A DNA stretch of 48,384 bases from Diploschistes diacapsis. Taxonomy: Eukaryota. A model generated the notes under the pieces. The model saw only the letters and a list, made by a program, of their open reading frames with translations. It was not told the origin of the DNA and did no database searches. Each line of letters begins with the position of its first letter. The first letter of the stretch is position 1. Below, one piece after another: positions 12,689-23,595 of the stretch. Position numbers and translations under genes: made by a program. The DNA lies in assembly GCA_023645945.1 (NCBI GenBank), contig JALAIB010000018.1, positions 1 to 48,384 of the forward strand, given 5' to 3'.

Positions 12689-14518
12689 TCACGCGCCGAC
12701 CGAAACGGCCCCCTCTGTCGCACGGTCCGTGCCACCTGCTCCTCGTTCCGAAGGCGCCTCGGTTTCGGCTGCGCTTCTGACGTCCATGTCCGACTCCTCA
12801 TCCCGTCCCGTTTCTGATTCCCTGTCGCTCCGTGTGCTCGCTTCCATCCGAACTTCCTCGTCTTCCAACCCGGTCCCACCGCCGTCAGACACCTCATCCT
12901 CGTCTGCCGGCCACTTGACCCCCGGCAGCTCGCCATACGCCTCCCCCCTCTCCATCTCCAACGACTTTCGCTCGATCGCCTCCTTGATCCCCCACCGCCA
13001 CACCATCCTCCGCTTCTTCGTCGCCCACTCTCTCTTCAAAGGCATCAGGTCCGTCTGCGCCTCGCCCTCTATCTTCGAGAGCTCGGCATCCCGCTTCTCT
13101 TCCAGCACGACCAGCTCCTTCTCCTGCTTCCGCCCGATGCGGTCCGCCTGCTTGGCCTGCTGCTCGCGCAGAACGTTTATGCGCGCGGTGTGCAGCTGGT
13201 CCATGCCGTTGCGCAGGTGATACTGCTCCACCAGTTTCCGGTAGTCGTCCTCCGTCACGGTCCGCGCGGGCATGCCCGCTGCTGCCGCGCTGGCCGCCGC
13301 CTGCGACGCCGCGGGTGATTGCGGCGCGGACGTGAGATGCCGGTTGCGGGAGCCGTAGCAGTAGGCCTCCATGTACTTTATCTTCGTCGAACACGCCTTG
13401 CGTTCGACGCTAAGCGCACGTTCAAGGTCCATTTCGGCTGTCAGGTGGCGGTGCTCCAGGTCCGCGTTGACGGCGGCTTGCCGCGTCAGGGCTGCGGCTC
13501 GATTGGTGGCAAAGTCTTCGTGCACGGCTTGGCGGGCAGGTTCGTGTTTGATACGCATCTGTCGGAAGGCAACGCGGCGGGAGGCAAGGAAGGCAGATTG
13601 TTCGTCCAGGTGTGAAATTCGGAGGCGCTGAAGGCGGCTGCAATGGAGCGAGCGCTGTTTGGCCGCGCGAGTGGAAGGACTGTCGGGTTCGCAGGGGTCG
13701 ATCTCTTTCTCTTCGGCTGGAGGCGTCAAAGGACGATCGTTGTTGGTGACGGCTCGGCCAGAGGTCGTCATGCGGGTTTCGGAGAAGCTAGGTAGGAGAG
13801 TGCCGACCGGGCGAGGGACTGTCGAGATTGGAGGCAGTACAGGCGGCAGATAGGAAGACCGTCTGCCATCTGCCGTCACTGGACGAGGCGGCAGTGTCCT
13901 GGATGTGTTATGTCGTTCCAGGGATGGCCTGAACAGCTCAATTGTGTCACCAGTCTTTTTCCTGCCCAAAGTTGACAAGCGTCTTATACTCTTGCGCAAC
14001 TTTGAGTCTGGCCGTGGCCGAGGAGTTGCGGAAGGTATCGATTGCGGTGGGGAAGCTATAGAAGCGGTTGTACTAGGTGTAGAGATGATTTTCTTCCGCT
14101 CTGATTGTCGCTCGCTCGAACTAAAAGACGTTGGACGAGTTGAGTCCGAGTTCCTTGACTGTAGCATAGAGGAGTCCGGCTGGCTAGACGTGATGGTGGC
14201 AGTCGAAACATTGTGTGTAACTAGATCAATTGGATCGAGGAGTTCTCTTGGTGCCCCTGGTACCCTCAAACCCAATTCGTATGCCTGCTTCACCAACTCT
14301 TGTTCGCCGTCCGCCTCGGCTCTTTCTGGCGCATTGCTGTCGCGCGCCTCGTTCATGAAGTCGACGGACATCCTAGAGATTGGGCGCGAATGGATCTGTA
14401 TTGGAAGGAAAACATCGATGCTGGATCGCGCATCCGCGGGGAGGTCAAAAAATTCGTCCATTCCGAAAGACATGTTCGGGGCTTCAAGCCAGGGTTTGAC
14501 GGAGTTCGAATCCGCCAA
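12689..14518 (-). CDS. Uncharacterised fungal protein, disordered N-half plus coiled-coil C-terminal domain (~600 aa; exact start uncertain, first in-frame ATG at 14473)
   Basis: 1.8-kb open frame with strong codon bias in the 3' half. Helical block RHLTAEMDLERALSVERKACSTKIKYMEAYC...LVEQYHLRNGMDQLHTARINVLREQQAKQ...RWGIKEAIERKSLE. Confidence 0.8.
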   Translation of the reverse strand: MADSNSVKPWLEAPNMSFGMDEFFDLPADARSSIDVFLPIQIHSRPISRMSVDFMNEARDSNAPERAEADGEQELVKQAYELGLRVPGAPRELLDPIDLVTHNVSTATITSSQPDSSMLQSRNSDSTRPTSFSSSERQSERKKIISTPSTTASIASPPQSIPSATPRPRPDSKLRKSIRRLSTLGRKKTGDTIELFRPSLERHNTSRTLPPRPVTADGRRSSYLPPVLPPISTVPRPVGTLLPSFSETRMTTSGRAVTNNDRPLTPPAEEKEIDPCEPDSPSTRAAKQRSLHCSRLQRLRISHLDEQSAFLASRRVAFRQMRIKHEPARQAVHEDFATNRAAALTRQAAVNADLEHRHLTAEMDLERALSVERKACSTKIKYMEAYCYGSRNRHLTSAPQSPAASQAAASAAAAGMPARTVTEDDYRKLVEQYHLRNGMDQLHTARINVLREQQAKQADRIGRKQEKELVVLEEKRDAELSKIEGEAQTDLMPLKREWATKKRRMVWRWGIKEAIERKSLEMERGEAYGELPGVKWPADEDEVSDGGGTGLEDEEVRMEASTRSDRESETGRDEESDMDVRSAAETEAPSERGAGGTDRATEGAVSVGA

Positions 14519-17380
14519 CTGTTGCGTCCACCACCGAGAATCCTGGTTACTATCTGGGCCGTGTGACGATCAATGCGTTCATGGTTCAACAGGGCAAACT
14601 GTAAAATTGACTCTTCGGTCAAGCAGTCTTGCCAATTGATGCCGTACGAGAAAATTGCTATACAGGAAACTATCACAAACTCATTCTAGGAGCACAAAGT
14701 CAGAGTAAAGACAATTGCCCGAGTATAGCAGATAGAAATTGGGGGGCAAAGGGCAACCTGCGACGTTGCGGCGCAAATGGGATCCAGGTCGGTCTAGGAT
14801 GTCCAGAGCGTAACGGTAGGTTTCGGTGGTTGGTTTGACGGATGCTGCCGAGTATGATGGCCTCCTGATCTAAGGATACTGGTGCTCCGAGTGCCCTCTT
14901 CAAGATGGCGTGAACACGAATTCAGGCTAATCTGGCCTACAGATATGCACAGCTGTCAGTATATGCTGAGATCTTCCTCCCAGCTGCTGTACATCTTTTG
15001 ACAACCAATTTCCTCAACTCTAAAGCTAAAGCCTTTCAGCAAGTGGCGAAGGAGTTCGTTCAGGAAGAAATAAGATGCAAGTTATTGTGAAATAAGTGGT
15101 CTCTGTTTCTGCACGTCTAAGGCCCTCCCCAAGCTTTGCAGAATCCATGGCAAAGCAGAGCGCTGATCGTTGAATGAACCTCGGCCACTTTTCCAACCAA
15201 GCCAGACTTGCGATAAGTAAATGGCATATGACATGCATCGGGAGTCAGCGCACCTTGTTGTTTGCTTTGACGTGAAGACGGTCCCTGGATACATTGAGGA
15301 ATGGATTCTTGTGTTGATGGTGGTAGATCAACTGGATATCGATGACACGCCTGTTCCTAGGAGAAGAACATTCCACTATCGCCGTTTCAGCATCAGATCA
15401 GTCAATCGCGTAAAGGATTCTTAAATAATCAAGTTGTGGGCGCCAAGGAATTTTGCGAGTTGCCCTGAAACAAGTGCAGCGTTTCCTGCGACTTCACTCC
15501 TACTCTACTCTGCTACTTTGAAACTTAGTTTCTGTTAGTTTCTATTCTTCGTTATGCTACTTGCGCAGTTAATCAAGAAGGTACCGATAGTGATCCATTC
15601 ATATTGGGAACATGGCAAAACTTCGTTTCATCAGTCACCTCTTTAGGTCAATTGGATTCTTGCGTTGAGTGCTCAATCCATTTGATCATTCCTGAAACTG
15701 ACATGCTATCAAACTTGTAAGAAAATGTTATAAACTCGGGTAACCTGGTTAGGTCGACCGTTGAGGATTGATTGAGGTCTTTCGGCTCTATTCACCTATA
15801 CCAAGAGCGAGGAATAGTGCGAGGTGCCTAGCAAATAATTCAGGCATGCAACTGCCCGAATTGGGCACGATAATGTCAAACTCTCCACCCGTCTACTCCG
15901 GAGTGTTGCGGAGGATGGCCATTGCAAGAATGCTTCTCATCCGACTCACTTCGTACAGACAAGTAAAGTTATGAAGCATGATACTGTATGCTAAAGACGA
16001 GCGTTGTGAGCCCTAGCCACCTCTGAGAGGATTACGATACCGTGGACCACTTGGCCATCAGGTAATTTATGACATCGACAGCTTCAGCGTAAGCAGATGG
16101 TCTTGAGCTTTCGATCTTTACTTGATCCGTCAAGGGAAAACCGTGGCGCTAACTCTACTAGACTTCTGTGTCATTTCTCAAATGGAAGCTCTCGGTGTTC
16201 CCAAATATACCTGATACTCTACCCGCTCGACAATCTGCTTCCATGACTGCGCGGATCCAGAGGACCATGGAAGACTATACGTCAAAGGGAAGCATTGAGT
16301 GAAGCCGGAGGCCGTCATGCAAAGACGTCAGGCCAGAGACGAAGAGATTGGCTTCTATTGCAATCCTTTACTACCATCACAGAACGTTTTAGTCACTGTG
16401 GCAAACCGCAATTACCTTGGTCCTAGGATCTTCGCTCCTCTTTCACCTACTGGCCGTTGTGTTAGAACACTGTATCATGAAAGGCCGGCCAGCTGAGCAC
16501 AAGATATAAAAGTCAGCCTTATACATCCCTCGGCAGATAGACGGTTTAGGGGATCAAGCTTTCCGAAACGAGTAGCAACTGATCATTGATTAGAGTACGG
16601 TCGAAGTGTCCAAGAAGCGTGACTGATGGTTGAACGCACTATGCTAAGTTGATCAGCTTCCTTTGTTAAGATGTAAAGTCAAGAGTCTTGAGACCATATA
16701 CATATCATTTCATCCTCGGAGATTTGCTATCCAAAGGAGCTATGGAGGTGTCTTCATCAGCTCGGGAAAGGAAGAACGGATTATAATTCCAATTATTGTC
16801 ACTAGGAAGCTATCTCCCGTCCTCATATGGCATATACAGACTTCGAAGATATTTCTAGCATGATGGCCAACGAAGATCTTGTATTTCCTAGGGCTGAGCC
16901 CCTGCGGACGCGAGGTAGATCTGCTGCCCAACGCTATTTCAGGAGAAGCCCGATGATGAAGCATGCTGTAGGTCACTCTCTGTGTTGTTTGAATTATGAA
17001 TAGACGTTGCTTGCTATAGAGAGCTTCAAAGCGCTGCAGAAACATGTCAGGTTTGCTGGAAACTTAGAACACGTCCGCTTCGTTTGTTCAAGTTGTCAAA
17101 TTTCCACATGCTAATCTGCATCATATCTTTGTATGTACTCATATGAAAGCCCAATTGCGACAGGTTCATAGATGCGCATCTTCGTTTCATTATGTTGTCA
17201 GCCGTTCAGCTCATGCGAAAGCAAAGGAGCAAACTCTCGGTCCATAGTGTGCAGCAAAGTTGAGCATTGAACAGTAACTAGATCAATGGCTAAATTGGTA
17301 TATACTAAGGCCATCCTCTATAAATGTATTCATGGGCAAGTCTTTGGCACTCTGAGGCGAGAAATACTCTGGATAGCGAT

Positions 17381-19215
17381 ATGGAGGATCAAAGCTCTTC
17401 TACTGCCATGGCAGACAATGGTGGTACCTTGATCGATCCAGCACCGTCTATTCATAACCTGCCGTCAGTGGAGCTTAGCAGTACAGCAATGCCCGCAAAC
17501 AATAACATTCCTGGCCAGAAACACGCCAGAACGTTAACTCCTCAGCAGCAGCAAGAATTGAACGAGCACAACAAGCTCCTCTCGGGCCGAGACAACAGCC
17601 ACGTTGCGGACACCCGCAGAACCGAGAGAAAAACGGCACCAATAGTTTCTGGGGCAGTTCTGACTTCATTTCCTAGAGACTTTTCACAATATGGCTTGCT
17701 TGCTGAGCATTACGCCGAAGACCCGGATTCGCGACTCTTGTTGAACGTTACGCCCCCCTGGTCCGGCTTTATATGTGGATCTCAAGGCTCGGGAAAGAGC
17801 CATACCTTGTCCTGCATATTGGAGAACTCCCTTTACCGCTCGTCAGCATCCAATGTGACAAAGCCACTTGCGGGCATCGTATTCCATTGGGATCGGTTCA
17901 CTTCGTATGGGAGCAAACAGATATGCGAAGCAGCCTATCTGTGCTCTGCTGGTATTCCTATCAACGTGCTGGTGTCGCCCTCAAATCTCAAAAGCATGGA
18001 AGACGCATATAGTAACATTCCAGTGCGCGGCAAAAATGGCAAAAAGCCTGTCGTTGTGCCAATGTACTTTGACGAAAGTCAGCTTGACGTCACTAAGATG
18101 ATGACTATCATGGGCTTGAGGGGAAAGGAGGACGAACTGCCACTGTATATGCAGGTGTGTGTCGCCCTAAGCAAGATTTCCGCGAGCTAACGTATTGAGG
18201 TGGTGATACGGATATTGCGAGAGATGGCCCGAGACCAGCAACGACTCGATTCTCGCGCTAGGCAGGGTATAAACTACAAGAAATTCCTGCATAAGATCGA
18301 GCAGGAAGAGAACCTCAATCCTGGACAAACCGGCCCTTTGAAATTGCGACTCGATAATTTGGGCAGCTTCATGCGAGAGATGAAGCCGGATGAGGATTCC
18401 GACTCTCCAACCCTTATCCCCCCACCAGCACCCCCTGCTCAGCAATCCAAAACCAAGCAGAAACAGACAGGCAAGCCACTCCAACCGCTTGAAAAGCTGA
18501 ACGAGAGGAAGGATCGAAGCCTGACCGAAACGTGGGCCTTTGAAGCTGGGGGGCTGACGATAGTTGATCTAAGTTGTCCTTTCGTGGACGAAAATTTTGC
18601 TTGTGCACTTTTCACGATCTGCTTGCAACTGTTCCTTGAGCGGAGAGGGGATGTGGGCCTCATCGTAGCACTCGACGAAGCCCACAAGGTATGAGTCCTA
18701 CAATTTGATTATCAGTACAACATACCTAACATTACTAGTTTCTAACCGGCTCAACCGGTGCAAACGCTTTCACGGCGGAACTGCTTTACCTTATTCGACA
18801 GCAGCGCCACTTTGCAACCCGCGTGCTCATCGCAACCCAGGAGCCTACATTGTCTCCGCAGCTGCTCGAACTATGTACTTTTACTATTGTACATAGGTTT
18901 AGTAGCCCCAACTGGTTCAAGGCGCTGCAAGGCCACCTCGCGGGGTTATCGGACCTGAACAACATCGCAGATACAGACGAGGACGAAAGCGCCCGGGAGC
19001 TGGGTCAGAAACGTGCGATCACCAGACTGTTCAAGGAGATTGTGAACCTCGAGACTGGTGAAGGGCTCCTCTTCTCTGCGACGGCTATGACAGGTGTTGA
19101 AGTCGACGTTAGAGGTAGACCAATCAGGTCCACTAAGCTTGGTGCACGATATTTCAAAATCCGTACGCGTCAACGCCTGACTACGGATGGAGGACAGAGT
19201 ATAATGGCGGAGTGA
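17381..19215 (+). CDS. P-loop NTPase, HerA/FtsK/VirB4-like; exons 17381-18154, 18200-18688, 18739-19215 (alternative upstream in-frame ATG at 17324)
   Basis: Walker A GSQGSGKSHT, LTIVDLSCP, Walker B IVALDEAHK, IRQQRH, VLIATQEPT, IVHRFSSPNW, GEGLLF, RLTTDGGQS. Introns 18155-18199 (GTGTGT..GCTAAC..GAG) and 18689-18738 (GTATGA..CCTAAC..TAG) join three ORFs in frame. TATAAA at 17319. Confidence 0.9.
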
Positions 19216-20265
19216 GTGTTGGGCTGTATAGAAGCCCAGCAAAGTGGACCGCTCCGGTCTGCCAACAGAGCTTCCACTGGGAGATGAACCGTGGCCGGGT
19301 AAGGGGACAGATACATACATCCCCGAATGATCTCCCAGCCATAGCTACTACGAGGTCTTTTAATACTATGCGTTCATAACACATAGGCCCAGTTGTTGTT
19401 GTAGTTATTGCGAACTTGACGGGAAGGCTGAGGATGCTTGCATGCTGCATTTACATTCTTATCTGTATGTTGATAGATGCTTATTAGACAGTTTTGTGTA
19501 CCTCTGCTACTATCCCATAGATTGCTGTCCTGTATATGGTTGACAACCTTCTTCCCACGCCCGATAGCGACAGATAAGATGCTGTTGAATACTTCGCCAA
19601 TCCTTGTCTCTTTCTTCACAATACTCCAACAGCGCTTCAAACAGAGCATTAGCTCACTGCAAATGGAGATTGTCAATCTATTGTTCCTGAAGGATCTGCA
19701 GCTTTGATTCCTTTCCTCTATTACTTTGCCCCTTTTATCCAGGGTTCCCGATAGGGTATCTTTCCCCTGCCCTTTTCTTACTGCCCCTGACTGTCTGCTT
19801 ACATCATTTCTTCGGCTTACTGCCATCAAAGTCCGATATAGCCGACAGAGGCTGACGTCAAACCGCTAGGCCGTCTTAACCGAGAAGGTGAATTGCGAGC
19901 GAACTGGAAGTCTCCATTCCTTAATGTCATACAAGCGACAGCTCGGTAAAGGGACTTCTACCGGAAGAACGTCATTAGAGAGATGGCAAGAGGAGTGGTG
20001 ATGATGAGATTGATGAGATATTTTGGTAAGGTTGTTCTTGACCGCGGTAAGCTATGGGTGCCAGTGATTCTTTTGTCTATTTCTTCAGACTTGGAAAATC
20101 ATAAAGACTTCGGGCAAAGTCTCTCTGTTTCTAGAAGTTGGCGTGCCTGAATTGTTCACGAGGAAGCCCGCGACATCCGTATGATGACATAAACCTACCC
20201 TGTAATTACAGCAGCGAGATAATAAACCATTATTTTGTTTTTATATCCTTGGCTCGGGCTCAAAG

Positions 20266-22071
20266 ATGTACAAGATGTCATTAGACGGCCCTGACTCTGA
20301 ACAGAATGCAATCCAGAAGAAGCGCAACCCAGACAACCGCTTCAGTTTGACCCGAGTTCACACCGGGCAGTATCTCGATGCGGCGTCAATCTATCATCCC
20401 GAAGGGGAACGAGAGAAAATAGCGAGACGAGGCAGCAGCGAGTACAACGAAGACGAAACCACTGAAGAAGATGGAGAAGATATCGTGGAGGTCGCCGAGG
20501 TGCGAGACGGTATTCCGGACGAGAGAGATGTGGAAAAGGGCGACAACGCGCTAGAAAAGAAGAAGACTTCAAAAAGCGCCCGCAGCGCGCGCAGTGCCCG
20601 AGATCCAAATGAGGTATGTCTTATCACTGTTAGAGTCAGAAGACGCAACTAACGAATTCCCAAGGTAACATGGGATTCGCCCTCCGACCCTAGAAACCCC
20701 AAAAATTGGCCCAAACGCAGGAAATGGATCGCCACATTTGTCATCTCCTCCTTCACGCTCATTTCTCCCCTATCCTCCACCATAGTATCGCCTTCCATAC
20801 AAGCCATCTCCCAAGAATTCAACATCACAAACGAAGTACTCCAGCAGATGGTCCTTTCCGTGTTCATCCTCGCCTACGCCATTGGACCCTTATTCATCGG
20901 CCCCCTCTCCGAAATCTTCGGAAGGGTCCGAGTCCTGCAGCTCGCGAATCTGTTCTTCCTAGTGTTCAACACCGCGTGCGGAGGTTGCACGTCGGGCGGG
21001 CAAATGATCGCATTCCGCTTCCTCTCCGGCCTGGGCGGATCCGCGCCCCTAGCCATAGGCGGCGGTGTGCTAGGCGACGCCTGGTCCGCCGACGAGCGCG
21101 GGGCTGCCATATCCGTGTATTCGCTGATGCCTCTCCTCGGGCCCGCGATAGGCCCCATCGCCGGATCCTGGATCACGGAGCGCACGACGTGGCGCTGGGG
21201 CTTCTACAGCGTCTCCATCGCCTGCGCCCTCATCCAGCTCAATGGCCTCTTCTTCCTGCAGGAAACCTACGTGCCCAAGATCCTCAGCGACAAGGCCGCC
21301 CGCCTGCGCAAAGAAACGGGGAACCCGGACCTCAAGACCAGGATGGAGCGCACAGGCGACAAGCACTTCCGCAACGTCCTCTCCGTCGCCATGCTCCGCC
21401 CCTTCAAGCTGCTCGGCACCCAGCCCATCGTCCAGTTTCTCGCCGTCTACATGGCTTTCATCTACGGCCTCATGTACCTCGTCCTTGCGACTTTCACCCC
21501 GCTCTGGACAGGCCCCTACGGCGAACCCCTCGGCATCGCGGGCCTGAACTACTTAGCCCTCGGCCTCGGCTTCTGGGCCGGCGCCCAGGTCTGCGCGCCC
21601 TTGAACGACCGTATTTATCGCTACCTAAAAAACACCCGCGGCGAGGGGAAGGGCAGGCCGGAGTTCCGCGTACCACTCATGTTCCCTGGCGCGCTTCTGA
21701 TCCCTACAGGGCTTCTGATCTACGGCTGGACAGCGCAGCACCACACGCATTGGATCGCGCCCGATATCGGCTGCGTTGTCTTCAGCGCGGGCTGCATTGT
21801 GTGTTTCCAGTGCATCCAGACGTACCTAGTCGATGCGTACACGCGGTACGCGGCCAGCGCCGTGGCGGCGGCGACGGTGCTGAGGAGTTTGTTCGGGTTC
21901 GGCTTCCCGCTGTTTGCACCGTACATGTATGCGAGCTTGGATTATGGGTGGGGCAATACGCTGCTGGCGTTTTTAGGGGTTGGGTTGGGCGTGCCGGCGC
22001 CGATTATGCTGTGGTACTTTGGGCAGAAGCTGAGGGAGAGAAGTAAATTTGCGGCGGGGGGAGGGGACTAG
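20266..22071 (+). CDS. MFS multidrug/polyamine transporter, DHA1 family; exons 20266-20613, 20665-22071
   Basis: Intron 20614-20664 (GTATGT..ACTAAC..AAG) gives VTWDSPSDPRNPKNW; motif A PLSEIFGR; RFLSGLGGSAPL; PLLGPAIGPIAG; WRW; ETYVP; PEFRVP; YLVDAY..YAASA; RSLFGFGFPLF; multiple hydrophobic segments. Confidence 0.95.
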
Positions 22072-23595
22072 AGTTGGTCGAGGGCGAATGGGAAGCTGGA
22101 AGTGCTGTTTGGGAATGGGCGGTGAGTTGGAGTAGCTTTGATGCGGCATCTAGCAGGCACGGCGTATCTGGCACTGTGTTGCACGGAAATCAGGCGTTCT
22201 TCGAAGCAGTGAGAGCTTCGGGAAACCCCGGCGCTCCAATACGCTTGATGGCGTAAAGCCATTGGATTTGTTGCTCGATGGAATAGGCAGCTGTTTCGGA
22301 GCTTCCATAAGTCCAAGCATATTTGTTACATGTAATAGGATTATGGGGATGTCACGTCTTACGGTAGAGCATGGAGCCTGGTACAGAGGGCTCGTTGCAA
22401 AGTCGGCTGTGGCTCGAAAAAAATCTGCTCCTAGCTTTGGATACGGGAGAGTTGCAGTGCAGCATACTCAAGGATTGCCTATGTTGCGTATATAAAGCTT
22501 TCAATAGGAAGAGAGTTGGAAACAAAGTTGTGGTAAAGGGATGCCCGGTAGATTGAACCGTGGATGAAAAGAAGAGGTTCAACATCTAGCGTATCAAGCC
22601 CTCCCTGGACCAAGATTGGTATGGGAAGGGAGAGAACGCTAAAAGTTGATCTGGCTGACAGGAATTTATCTCTCCCGAAACGTTGCCGCTGCAACGTGCC
22701 CGCAACGTAAAATTCAGTTCGCTAGCTTCAATCCCGGACTCCCAGGACACGCACACTCAGCTTACAGGATTAAAACAGCAATGTTGCAGACAGTGATGGA
22801 GGCTCTTGTCAAACTCTTGTGAGCTTATGCAATTCCCAATCCCGAACGCCGATTATAGCTCTCACATCAGCTCAGCCTCTGTTTTACGGTTCGCGCTGAT
22901 GGACAGGCCGTTGAAATGGGTGTCCATCATGGATAGAAGCCTTGCTTGCATGCAAAGGTGACCGGGAAACCCCACAACGATTGGCAAGATAGCTTATCAA
23001 CATTTAGGTTACATTACTGCACACCAATCAGCGCTAACCTTTGTCCTCGTCGATCAGGATATCGCGCTTCCCGCCGGAAGGCTCAGAAGGCGCATGTTAT
23101 CAGGTAGAGAGGGCTCATTGCAGACACCCTCAAAGACGATGCTTACAGCCGTTCGTCAATGTGCTGTAGCCTCGGAGACCGATGATGCTTACAAGTTGGT
23201 GCTCTGTTCTCCGCAAACATTGCAACCCACATATTGCCTATGCGGTCAACGAATGAAACGTTTATACATGGTACCAGTAGTAGCCTGTTTAGTGCTATAT
23301 TAAAGTCAGATATGTCTTCGTACTTCTCCTACTCTTTCGAAGCGACTTGATCATCATAGTACAAAACGTGGATCTCGAAGATCACAATAGAACCGTATAC
23401 CCTACATGATTGTGTAAGAAAGAACTCAGCAGCGACGCTCTCTGGGCTTTGAATTCACTCAACTAACTTTGATAGTCTCAGACCAAAGTTTTCTCGCTTA
23501 CCCGCCGACTCTAGGTACTTTACAGAGAGGAATCTTATTCTAAAGCTCTTCACGGAGATTTGTCTTTGGCGGAGAAGCCAATTGAGAAAGAAGAT

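Noticed and set aside
15026..17045. Weak strings resembling a CorA-like TM motif (FTITCILFLP) and an alpha/beta-hydrolase motif (YLGTP, IFVGH)
   Set aside because: Too short and not in a consistent frame or spacing; could be chance.
20706..22046. 446-aa alternative-frame ORF over the MFS gene
   Set aside because: Shadow ORF caused by high GC3; Arg/Pro-rich with no domain.
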